34,284 nucleotides of DNA from a virus. Taxonomy: Duplodnaviria > Caudoviricetes. The DNA lies in IMG/VR virus record IMGVR_UViG_3300017777_000879, positions 1-34,284 of that record; one strand, written 5' to 3'. The notes beneath the pieces are model-generated. The model was not told the origin of the DNA. It saw nothing but the letters and a program-made list of their open reading frames with translations, and made no database searches. Made by a program: the position numbers and the translations under genes. Shown in pieces: positions 26,608 through 34,284 of this stretch (position 1 is the first letter of the stretch; every line of letters begins with the position of its first letter).

Positions 26608-27635
26608 GCGTCTTTACTTGCAATGATAAAATCGTAGTATTTAACACCCTGAGTTAACGAGTGCGTGTGTGACCCACCACCCCCTGTAGTGATTGTTGGA
26701 AACTGATTTGCCACAACCCCAGTATTCATACCACTATATGAAGATTGTGGAGCGCCCTGCCCAGCCCATACCTGTTGTTGATTTCCCACATTGTGGGTAT
26801 GTGCTGGCATCTGGGCTGTTGTTATTGCCGTAGCCCCAGAAAGCGTCTGTGCGTTCCATGTACTAAATGCTACAGATCCCCCGCTTGGCGTAACTGATCC
26901 AGTAACAAACCTAAGAATAGAATCATCAATCGCTGCGGTTGTATCTTTAGTCCACCCAGTAGGAGCTGCGGTCTGCTGAAAACTCATACGTGTTCCAGCC
27001 GGAAAAGCCGGTGCATTTGTAGTAGAAGCCCATGCGGTACCGGTAGACGATAGTATATTACCTGCTGTACCGGGAGCTACGGCACTTACAACTCCTGCTG
27101 TTCCTACTAATGCTCCTGTAAGGGTAGATTTTAGTGTTGTATTTCCTAATGCTGTTAGGTTATTGCCTGCAATGAAGTTACCTGTAGTAGCAGCGTTACC
27201 GTTTATTACCCCACCAGCTGCAAACCCTGTCTGCACAAAGAAGTCTAGCCCATCACAATACACTGTGTATTTGCCAAAAGGAATTGTAGCTCCAACCCCG
27301 GTAGCAGTCCGTATAATTATGTTCTTATTACCTAGTGGCTCATCAGTAAAGTTATCAATGATATAGGTCTTTGCCACTGCTGGGGCTGTTACATAGCAGT
27401 CGGCAGAACGAAGTCCTGTAAACTTTAGTACTGCTGTTCTAGCTTCATCGGCAGTACCTGCGTTAGCAGTTAAGATATAATTACCAGAACCGGTGATAGA
27501 TATTGTAGTTACAGCAGTTATAGAATCAACTAGCAATGAGCATATGTTCTTGTTGGTCGTATCACCCCAAGATCCTGACTGCTCACCGTTGGCTATGTTC
27601 TCAAGTCGTAGGTTATTTGCGTAAGTTGATGGCAT
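26604..27635 (-). CDS. Tail fibre protein B (collar domain and HxH needle tip)
   Basis: FPAGT..F.QTAAPTGWTK collar; QMPAHTH...GGGGSHTH. Confidence 0.85.
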   Translation of the reverse strand: MPSTYANNLRLENIANGEQSGSWGDTTNKNICSLLVDSITAVTTISITGSGNYILTANAGTADEARTAVLKFTGLRSADCYVTAPAVAKTYIIDNFTDEPLGNKNIIIRTATGVGATIPFGKYTVYCDGLDFFVQTGFAAGGVINGNAATTGNFIAGNNLTALGNTTLKSTLTGALVGTAGVVSAVAPGTAGNILSSTGTAWASTTNAPAFPAGTRMSFQQTAAPTGWTKDTTAAIDDSILRFVTGSVTPSGGSVAFSTWNAQTLSGATAITTAQMPAHTHNVGNQQQVWAGQGAPQSSYSGMNTGVVANQFPTITTGGGGSHTHSLTQGVKYYDFIIASKDA

Positions 27636-28669
27636 TAGTCTTTACTCGCAATAATAGAGTCATAGTATTTAATGGCTTGGGTAAGTGGATGGTTATGTGA
27701 AGTGCCACCCCCTGCAGGATAATTAGTCGCTGCTAGTAAATCATGGTCATCGGGGTTAACAGTTCTAGAACCATCTATTGGACCATCATGACTATAGCCC
27801 TGAGAAACAAAATATGGAGTAGTGTTACCTGACCCGCCTGTATGGGTATGGATTGGCATTTCAGCAGTTGTTAGCGTGTGCGCCCCAGTAGCAGTCTGTG
27901 CAGCCCATGTACTAACCCCCACAGATCCGCCAGAACCCCCACCAGTCCCAGTAACAAACCTAAGAATGGAATCATTAATGGCAGCAGTCGTGTCCTTAGT
28001 CCAGCCCGTAGGAGCAGTTGCCTGTGGAAATATGAGCTTAGTACCTGCTGTAAATGGAGGAGTGTTCGATGCTGAAGCCCAAGCCGTACCATTAGAAGTC
28101 AATACATTACCAGAAGTACCGGGAGCTACTGCACTTACAACCCCCGCTGTTCCTACTAATGCACCTGTAAGGGTCGTAGCTAGTGTTGTAACCCCTGCAA
28201 CCCCTAAGGTTCCTGTGATTATCTCATTACCCGTAACAGTCCCACCTGCCCCAAACCCTGTTGATATAAATGTATCAATACCATCACAGTACACGGTGTA
28301 TATACCAAAAGGGATTGTGGCAGCTACAGCACCTGCATCAGTGCGGATAATTAGGTTTTGTTTAGCTAGTGCAAGATTGGTGTAGTTATCAATGAGGTAG
28401 GTCTTAGCAACGGTAGGGATGTATATAGTACAAGCAGCAGCGATATTGCCGGTAAACTTTAGAACTGCGTTTCTAGACTCATCAGTTACCCCATTATATG
28501 AAGTAAGTGTATAGGTAGCTAACCCTGTAATGCTTGTTGTAGCTAACCCTGCAATAGAGTCAACTAACAAAGAGCATATGTTCTTGTTGGTCGTATCACC
28601 CCAACTTCCAGATTGCTCGCCGTTGGCTATGTTTTCAAGTCGTAGGTTATTTGCGTAAGTTGATGGCAT
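27635..28669 (-). CDS. Tail fibre protein A, paralog of B
   Basis: Same architecture; EMPIHTH...GGGTSHNH; first 39 aa identical to B. Confidence 0.85.
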   Translation of the reverse strand: MPSTYANNLRLENIANGEQSGSWGDTTNKNICSLLVDSIAGLATTSITGLATYTLTSYNGVTDESRNAVLKFTGNIAAACTIYIPTVAKTYLIDNYTNLALAKQNLIIRTDAGAVAATIPFGIYTVYCDGIDTFISTGFGAGGTVTGNEIITGTLGVAGVTTLATTLTGALVGTAGVVSAVAPGTSGNVLTSNGTAWASASNTPPFTAGTKLIFPQATAPTGWTKDTTAAINDSILRFVTGTGGGSGGSVGVSTWAAQTATGAHTLTTAEMPIHTHTGGSGNTTPYFVSQGYSHDGPIDGSRTVNPDDHDLLAATNYPAGGGTSHNHPLTQAIKYYDSIIASKD

Positions 28670-28693
28670 GATGGGCCCAAGTATGTTCGTGTA

Positions 28694-29341
28694 TTATATA
28701 TGAATTTTTTTAGACTCTATAGCTTTTGTTAGACTTTCTAGCTGTTTTATTAATTCTTGATCTGGCGCATTGAGTTGCAGGATAGGGTCATCAGCAGCTA
28801 TCAACTTAATATCCTTTGGAATTAGCCCTGCAACTTGCAACCTCCTAAAAATCTGGGGGCAAAGCATAGCATTGTTTATCTTTGCTGGAGAAGGTCTACC
28901 ATTAGCAATTATCTCCGACTGTATTTCCCTAGCTAGCACGACTGTAAATTCATTTATTGCATTTGCTTCAAACATCATATCATCTGTATAACCAGCAATA
29001 CGAGTAGGCTCAACCTCTACATAAATCTCAGCAATCAATTTCTCAAGTACTTTAATCTCGTTGCGATTTAGCTCAAATGCATGTTTTTGGTCATCTAGGA
29101 TGGACTCTAGTTCTATTATTTCAGCCTGCAAAACTAAGATAATGTGCGTCAGCGCCGGAAGTTCTTTAAGATGTTTTAGCTCAAACAACTTAGCTTGATA
29201 CTTTAACTCAGCACATTCTTCTAGGGCCGCAGCACGTTTACGCCCAACCAAAAAACCTTGGAGCGTTTTTAACTTTTCCCAAGGAGTGCTACCTATTACT
29301 TGGTAGCGATAGTTAAATTCTGAATTTAGATTAGATGCCAT
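28694..29341 (-). CDS. Coiled-coil hypothetical protein (start refined to ATG 29341, MASNLNSEF)
   Basis: Starts 1 nt after the stop of the propeller gene; helical and E/K/L-rich. Confidence 0.75.
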   Translation of the reverse strand: MASNLNSEFNYRYQVIGSTPWEKLKTLQGFLVGRKRAAALEECAELKYQAKLFELKHLKELPALTHIILVLQAEIIELESILDDQKHAFELNRNEIKVLEKLIAEIYVEVEPTRIAGYTDDMMFEANAINEFTVVLAREIQSEIIANGRPSPAKINNAMLCPQIFRRLQVAGLIPKDIKLIAADDPILQLNAPDQELIKQLESLTKAIESKKIHI

Positions 29342-29342
29342 A

Positions 29343-30272
29343 TTATGTAAGAGAATACCCAGCAGCGCCGAGGCCCGCTCTAACAGTACCAACACCGGTA
29401 ACATCAGTACTAACAACACCAGTATCGGACACTAAGTTAGTTATTGATACAACGGCACCAGTAAAACCATACCCAAAGATTGCCTTATCTGCACCATATC
29501 CAGCAGCAGCAAGAGCATTTCTAGCAGTACCAACACCAGCAGTATCAGTTGCAACAACACCCGTGTTTGATACTAGGTTAGTCTTTGATACACCAGCGCC
29601 ATTATAACCATACCCAAAGATCGCCCTATCACCACCAAACCCGGCAGCAGCAAGTTGGTATCTAGCAGTACCAACGCCAGCAGTATCAGTTGCAACAACA
29701 CCCGTGTTTGATACTAGGTTGGTTAGTGATACGTATACTAAAGCATTAGTATATCCATACCCAAAAATTGCCTTGTCTGTATCATAACCAGCAGCAGCAG
29801 GCGCACGAGGAGTACCAACACCAGTAGTATTGGAAGCAACAACACCAGTATTTGACACTTTGTTAGTTATTGATACATAGGCACCATCATTACCATACCC
29901 AAAGATTGCCTTGTCTGTACCATAACCAGCAGCGGCAGGATCTTGTCTTGCAGTGCCAACACCAGCAGTATCGGAAGCAACAACACCAGTATTTGATACT
30001 AGGTTGGTCATTGCGTAGTTATAAAAATCTAGTTCATTCCAACCAAACCCAAATATTGCCTTATCTGCACCGTATCCAGCAGCGGCAACTCGGCCCCTAG
30101 CAGTACCAACACCAGCAGTATCAGTTGCAACAACACCAGTATTTGACACTTTGTTAGTTATTGAGTAATCAACACCAAGATATACATTAACACCATACCC
30201 AAAGATTGCTTTCTGTGTACCTTGTATGAATGCTCTAAAATTTGCATAAACTGCAGTAAGGGCACTTGTCAT
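29343..30272 (-). CDS. Six-repeat kelch-like beta-propeller, putative receptor-binding adhesin
   Basis: Six copies of KAIFGYG-(variable)-TN(K/L)VSNTGVVATDTAGVGTAR..AAAGYG. Confidence 0.75.
   Translation of the reverse strand: MTSALTAVYANFRAFIQGTQKAIFGYGVNVYLGVDYSITNKVSNTGVVATDTAGVGTARGRVAAAGYGADKAIFGFGWNELDFYNYAMTNLVSNTGVVASDTAGVGTARQDPAAAGYGTDKAIFGYGNDGAYVSITNKVSNTGVVASNTTGVGTPRAPAAAGYDTDKAIFGYGYTNALVYVSLTNLVSNTGVVATDTAGVGTARYQLAAAGFGGDRAIFGYGYNGAGVSKTNLVSNTGVVATDTAGVGTARNALAAAGYGADKAIFGYGFTGAVVSITNLVSDTGVVSTDVTGVGTVRAGLGAAGYSLT
29350..30215 (-). repeat. Six imperfect tandem repeats of 138-150 bp
   Basis: Anchor ccatacccaaagattgcc (with 0-2 mismatches) at 29467, 29608, 29755, 29893, 30043 and 30193. 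Confidence 0.92.
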
Positions 30273-30832
30273 GTTAAGTTAGTACCTGAGATTAACCACG
30301 TTGTGGTAGTCATTTTTATTGCTGTTGCAGAACCATACTGAGCCAGTGATCTACTTCCTGTAGTACCACTACTTGATGACCGATATAGTGTATCAGTAGC
30401 AATTGATATTGTTACAACTTGAGATGTCATATTAATAAATGTAATAGCTGTCCCAACAGGATAAGGCACTGAGCTATTAGCAGGGATAGTAAATGTTCTT
30501 GCATTTGCATCCGTTGTTGGATGATATATTACTTTGCCACTATCGGTTAATACAGCAGTATAATTAGCAGATTGCGGGTTAAATGGAAGATTTCTAAATC
30601 CCACTGCATCAGTACCATCGACAGTACAATTAGACAAAACCCCAGAAGTAGGTGTTCCAAGTAATGGAGTTATAAGTGTTGGGCTTGTGCTTAATACAAC
30701 TGCGGTAGTTCCAGTAGAGACAGTCACTCCAGTACCTCCTGAGGCTACAGGCAGCACCGCAATAGGAGCAGGCAGCGCATAAGGCAGTGTGTTTACTGAG
30801 GCAGCTGTATTAGTTCTATTTCTATATATCAT
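30269..30832 (-). CDS. Short tail-fibre-like protein
   Basis: LPVASGGTG, SPTLITPLLGTPTSG, and a C-terminal module YTAVLTDSGK..TFTIPAN..WLISG. Confidence 0.75.
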   Translation of the reverse strand: MIYRNRTNTAASVNTLPYALPAPIAVLPVASGGTGVTVSTGTTAVVLSTSPTLITPLLGTPTSGVLSNCTVDGTDAVGFRNLPFNPQSANYTAVLTDSGKVIYHPTTDANARTFTIPANSSVPYPVGTAITFINMTSQVVTISIATDTLYRSSSSGTTGSRSLAQYGSATAIKMTTTTWLISGTNLT

Positions 30833-30833
30833 A

Positions 30834-31172
30834 TTAGGCCGCTATCTTAGTCCAGACAGTAGATTGTGTGTCGTTTACAGGAGTCCAAGTTGCTGTTTGG
30901 GCATCGTTTACTAACCCCCATACGGTAGGGTAGCCTATGTACCCTGTAGCCTGCACACCAATAAGATAGACAGTGGCTTTAGCATCTACTACTACATTAC
31001 CGACTTGCCCTGTGCCTTGAACACCCGTTACTGCAAAGTTCTGGTTGGTAATAAATGTAACAGTACCTATCTCTCCAGTACTTTGTACACCAACAACCTG
31101 TACGTTTATCTCACCGTGGTTTAGTTGTATGTCCGCAAAGGATGCTGCGGCGAATGGTGTAAAGCCTAACAT
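30834..31172 (-). CDS. Virion structural protein with V.GV..TG.(I/V)G repeats
   Basis: MLGFTPFAAASFAD start; three VxGVQxTGxIG repeats; Trp-containing repeats at the C-terminus. Confidence 0.75.
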   Translation of the reverse strand: MLGFTPFAAASFADIQLNHGEINVQVVGVQSTGEIGTVTFITNQNFAVTGVQGTGQVGNVVVDAKATVYLIGVQATGYIGYPTVWGLVNDAQTATWTPVNDTQSTVWTKIAA

Positions 31173-31178
31173 CTACGG

Positions 31179-33590
31179 CTATGCAGCGTAGGTTCCAGCA
31201 TTGCCAACTCTGGTGCTTCTCCAGTAACTACCGCGTAATGGGGTAAATCCAGAAGTGGGTGAGGTTACATTAAGCCTCAAGTTAGAGTTCGATGTGTTGT
31301 TTTCCAAGTGAATAAAGAACTTATGGACATGTACTGTTGTAATTGCCAGCGCACCAGTAGCAACAAAAGCTTGGGCAGCTGAGAGCGAGCCCTGTATTGC
31401 ACCAGTTAAGTTAGCGCCAGTAGGTGTTGAGGTATTACCCGCTATCGGGGAGAAATTAACATCCACGTTCATAGAAAGTGGAGCTACTGAGTTTGTTAAT
31501 GTATATAAGTGCGTACCAGCTACCGATCTAGTAAAGTAACAAACAATCTCAATATCATATATACCGTTAGCAGCTAAAGGGATGGCGGTGCTTGCTGTCT
31601 GGAAAAACGGTGTAATGGTAAGGACTGTGACTAATGCATTATTAGCCACCATTGTGTAGTACTGTACTGATGGAACATAACCCCTACCTGTTGCAGTTGT
31701 GTTGGTAAAATAACTTCGGTTCCCATCATATTCCATTGCACCGGCTACTGGAGTTGTTAAGTTAGTGCCAGAAGTTAAGGTCAATGATGGGACAGCCGTT
31801 GTACCAGCTGCATGTATTGGGTTGGTAATAGTTGGTGCATTGTTAAATACCACAACGCCGCCAGATGAACCTGTTTCATCAGAGAGAACCCCAGCAAGCT
31901 GAGCTGATGTAGTTGATGCAAAAACACTAAGATTGTTTGCTGTATATGCTACTGTCCCACCAGTGCCAAATGCCACCGTGCTTGCATCAGTCCCATTGAA
32001 TGTAAGTGTATTGGAAGCCGTTAGGATCTTAGCTGCCGCTATAGCCAATCCACCGCCAAACGCTGCAGTTATACCGTCTGTACCAGTAAGGGTTAAGTTG
32101 TTGCTTGTAGTTAAGGTCTTGCCATCAGTACCCGCTAAAGTAATGGAGTTACTAGCGGTTAGAGTCTTGCCATTAGCAATGGTTAATGTTGATCCAGTTG
32201 CAGGGGTGGTTAGTGTAACCTTGTTAACTGATGTCGCTGTAGCAACCCCTAAAGTTGGCGTAGTCATTGTGGGGCCAGCCTCCCTTACAAAGACTCCAGT
32301 GCCTGTGCCCGTGTATTCAGCAGAGGTAGAGTGAAAATACTCTGTTGCGGCTCCGCCCTGCAACCCAGCTAAGTCATTGTGTAGATTAGCCAGAGGTGTA
32401 TTAACGTGGGTATTTCTATCTTCACCATTGTAGGTTAGTGATATAGTCCTAGTGGCATTTGAAGTAACAAACCCAAGAATACCCATTTTTGTTGCAGCAG
32501 TAACTACTGTTGATGGCTGAGTTGTAACCACATCAAACACGGTGTAGTTAGGAGATATAGATGTTATTTCTGGAGTAGTAATTCCAAACAGTTTCTTCCA
32601 TACAGTGCCAGCAACTGCTGACTCATTTGTATATCCGCTAGGTGTGGTAATAGTTACTACAGTATCAGAGGTTCTAGCTGTTATCTGATATATACCTTGT
32701 GGGGTCTGTAAGTATGATGCAACTGTATTTGTAGCAGAAGCATCTATTGCCGCAGTAGCAAATGGCGTTCCTGATGATGCTGTAGCTGTGCGGCTTGATC
32801 CTGTGCCTGTAGTAGTTACAGTGCCAACTACAAATGGAGTAGCTGTATATATCTGCCTAGTAATGGTTGTAACAGAGCTACTAGCAATGCTGTCTACACC
32901 AGCCCATATTGTAAAATCATATATCCCGGCATCAAATATGAGTCTATTCAGTGCAACAGTGACAAAAGCAGAGAAAAGCACTGTGTTACTAACTGCCGTA
33001 CCTGTAATGACCTGTTCTGCCGTTGTTACTGGGATGGATGCAAAGGTAAGAATAGCTACGTCATTGTTAGCCCCTGTTGCAGTTATGACTGGAGTAGCGT
33101 TATAAAACACAACTCCTGTCCCAGCTGACGCTGGGTTTGGCGCAACATTAACCCAAGCCGTGCCGTTATACCCAAGCAACTGGTTAACTGCTGGAGATGT
33201 TATAGCTACCGTTGCCAGACTTGCTAGAGGCAGTCCAGTAATGTTCTGACCATTAAAGGCCACTGCATTACCTGCAGCATCAAGGTTTACTGACTTCTCT
33301 GAAGGATAAGTTACAAATACATCCTTTGTGCCTACTGGAAGATTAACTACAAGGTTACTATTGCTGGAGGATAAGATTGTTGTACGCGCTAATGTACCTG
33401 CACCAACAGTGCCAATACCCACTTCCCAGTCAGTACCGCCAGAGACAGCTATAGTGTAGTAACAAGTATTACCATTACCAATTGCTGTGGAGAATGTCTG
33501 GTAGCTATCCAACGCTCCATTGAGCGTCAGGGTTCCGGTACTTACAGTAGTGCTAGTCTCGTATACACGATCTGCTAGAACAAGTGCCAT
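31179..33590 (-). CDS. Long tail fibre/spike protein
   Basis: MALVLADRVYET..GTKDVFVTYP N-terminus; LLGYNGTAWVN; HNDLAGLQGG; T/G-rich repeats (GKTLTASN.LTL.GTD). Confidence 0.82.
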   Translation of the reverse strand: MALVLADRVYETSTTVSTGTLTLNGALDSYQTFSTAIGNGNTCYYTIAVSGGTDWEVGIGTVGAGTLARTTILSSSNSNLVVNLPVGTKDVFVTYPSEKSVNLDAAGNAVAFNGQNITGLPLASLATVAITSPAVNQLLGYNGTAWVNVAPNPASAGTGVVFYNATPVITATGANNDVAILTFASIPVTTAEQVITGTAVSNTVLFSAFVTVALNRLIFDAGIYDFTIWAGVDSIASSSVTTITRQIYTATPFVVGTVTTTGTGSSRTATASSGTPFATAAIDASATNTVASYLQTPQGIYQITARTSDTVVTITTPSGYTNESAVAGTVWKKLFGITTPEITSISPNYTVFDVVTTQPSTVVTAATKMGILGFVTSNATRTISLTYNGEDRNTHVNTPLANLHNDLAGLQGGAATEYFHSTSAEYTGTGTGVFVREAGPTMTTPTLGVATATSVNKVTLTTPATGSTLTIANGKTLTASNSITLAGTDGKTLTTSNNLTLTGTDGITAAFGGGLAIAAAKILTASNTLTFNGTDASTVAFGTGGTVAYTANNLSVFASTTSAQLAGVLSDETGSSGGVVVFNNAPTITNPIHAAGTTAVPSLTLTSGTNLTTPVAGAMEYDGNRSYFTNTTATGRGYVPSVQYYTMVANNALVTVLTITPFFQTASTAIPLAANGIYDIEIVCYFTRSVAGTHLYTLTNSVAPLSMNVDVNFSPIAGNTSTPTGANLTGAIQGSLSAAQAFVATGALAITTVHVHKFFIHLENNTSNSNLRLNVTSPTSGFTPLRGSYWRSTRVGNAGTYAA

Positions 33591-33600
33591 TTAGACCCCC

Positions 33601-34020
33601 TTAGGCGATACGTATTAAAGCATTAGTAGCGTCTGGAGTAGGCATAATTACAGTAAAATCACCAGCAGTTGACGACTTATCACTACCAAAATCAAGGACT
33701 GCCACTGCTTTATTACTTTTGCTAGAGTTATATATCAATGCTCCACGGGCAGTTATAGTAGCAGTAGTCCATGTAGTGTTACTAAAATCTACAAACGCTG
33801 TGGTACCTGACAGTGTAATAGCCGCACCAGATAAGATATTCCCACCCGCTGTATACCCCGCGCCAGCAACCTCATTAGTAGCTGCATAGACGGTAGTAGC
33901 GGCACTTAGTGTAGCTGAGGAGGTATAGAGAGCGATGTAAAATACATCAGTGTCCATATCATGAACAGCCCCTAGGAGTTGCTCTTTGTACGAACTGCAC
34001 ATTGCCTGCGATATAGCCAT
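33601..34020 (-). CDS. Conserved virion (tail-associated) protein
   Basis: AMCSSYKEQLL..FYIALYT..GYTAGG..ARGALIYN..AVAVLDFG.DK; AAGGAG SD. Confidence 0.8.
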   Translation of the reverse strand: MAISQAMCSSYKEQLLGAVHDMDTDVFYIALYTSSATLSAATTVYAATNEVAGAGYTAGGNILSGAAITLSGTTAFVDFSNTTWTTATITARGALIYNSSKSNKAVAVLDFGSDKSSTAGDFTVIMPTPDATNALIRIA

Positions 34021-34034
34021 TTCAATACTCCTTC

Positions 34035-34283
34035 TTAATTAACTGGTACTCTAACTTGTCCACTACGGTATGCATCGCGTCTATCTTTACCATCGCCCAG
34101 TACCTTCAATGAAGCCATAGATGTATCAAAATGTGCTTTATAGAACGTAAGAATATCTGGGTCTGCTTTCATAAATATAGCTGCTTCAACTAATGCACCA
34201 TACAGAAGTACAGAGTCAAAGTTATCCCCTACCCATGATGTACCTGCTGTTACGATACTCTGTGGGTAGAAGTAATAATGTAA
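34035..34283 (-). CDS. 3' part of a tail tubular A / head-tail adaptor-like protein (partial)
   Basis: Open to the window edge: LHYYFYPQSIVTAGTSWVGDNFDSVLLYGALVEAAIFMK...DAYRSGQVRVPVN*. Confidence 0.72.
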   Translation of the reverse strand, partial: LHYYFYPQSIVTAGTSWVGDNFDSVLLYGALVEAAIFMKADPDILTFYKAHFDTSMASLKVLGDGKDRRDAYRSGQVRVPVN

Positions 34284-34284
34284 T

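Noticed and set aside
26604-28669. Invertible tail-fibre switch or DGR TR/VR pair
   Set aside because: The copies are direct, both intact, and differ at all base types. No invertase, inverted crossover sites or reverse transcriptase are present.
29350-30215. CRISPR array or DGR variable region (conserved units with variable inserts)
   Set aside because: The units are in-frame protein repeats of 138-150 bp. The loops differ in length, which adenine-only substitution would not produce, and no reverse transcriptase or template repeat is in the window.
1-34284. Stop-codon reassignment (TAG read-through)
   Set aside because: Coding density is already near complete under the standard code, and TAG-ending genes (1807, 17643, 31179) are followed closely by the next gene or a promoter.

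Overview
This window is a gene-dense, roughly 34 kb segment of a tailed dsDNA phage with podovirus-like architecture, probably infecting a Gram-negative host. I saw no integrase, host genes, RNA genes, CRISPR array or reverse transcriptase. The + strand (1-9044) is an early/replication arm. It holds small accessory genes, DUF3310, a TraR/DksA-like zinc finger, a Cas4-like PD-(D/E)XK nuclease, a small HNH-like protein, an SNF2 helicase, a putative ssDNA-binding protein, an HTH protein and a primase-helicase. The - strand (34284 down to 9041) is the virion/lysis arm. It holds a tail adaptor, several tail-fibre/receptor-binding genes (two tandem paralogous fibres and a six-repeat propeller), a 2OG-Fe(II) oxygenase, a lysis cassette, a tail tubular/stabilisation protein, a GNAT-like protein and four ejection-type proteins, the last being 2215 aa. 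The two arms meet at overlapping stop codons. The most interesting candidates are: (1) a gene in the spanin slot with an N-terminal membrane anchor, no lipobox and a C-terminal outer-membrane beta-signal, possibly a different kind of one-component spanin; (2) a 60-aa gene with its own strong SD overprinted inside the giant ejection gene; (3) a ~75-aa module shared by two unrelated virion proteins; (4) leader and GG motifs in the ejection proteins flanking a GNAT gene, suggesting a cleavage/acylation system. All family calls come from motif recognition by eye; no database searches were run.
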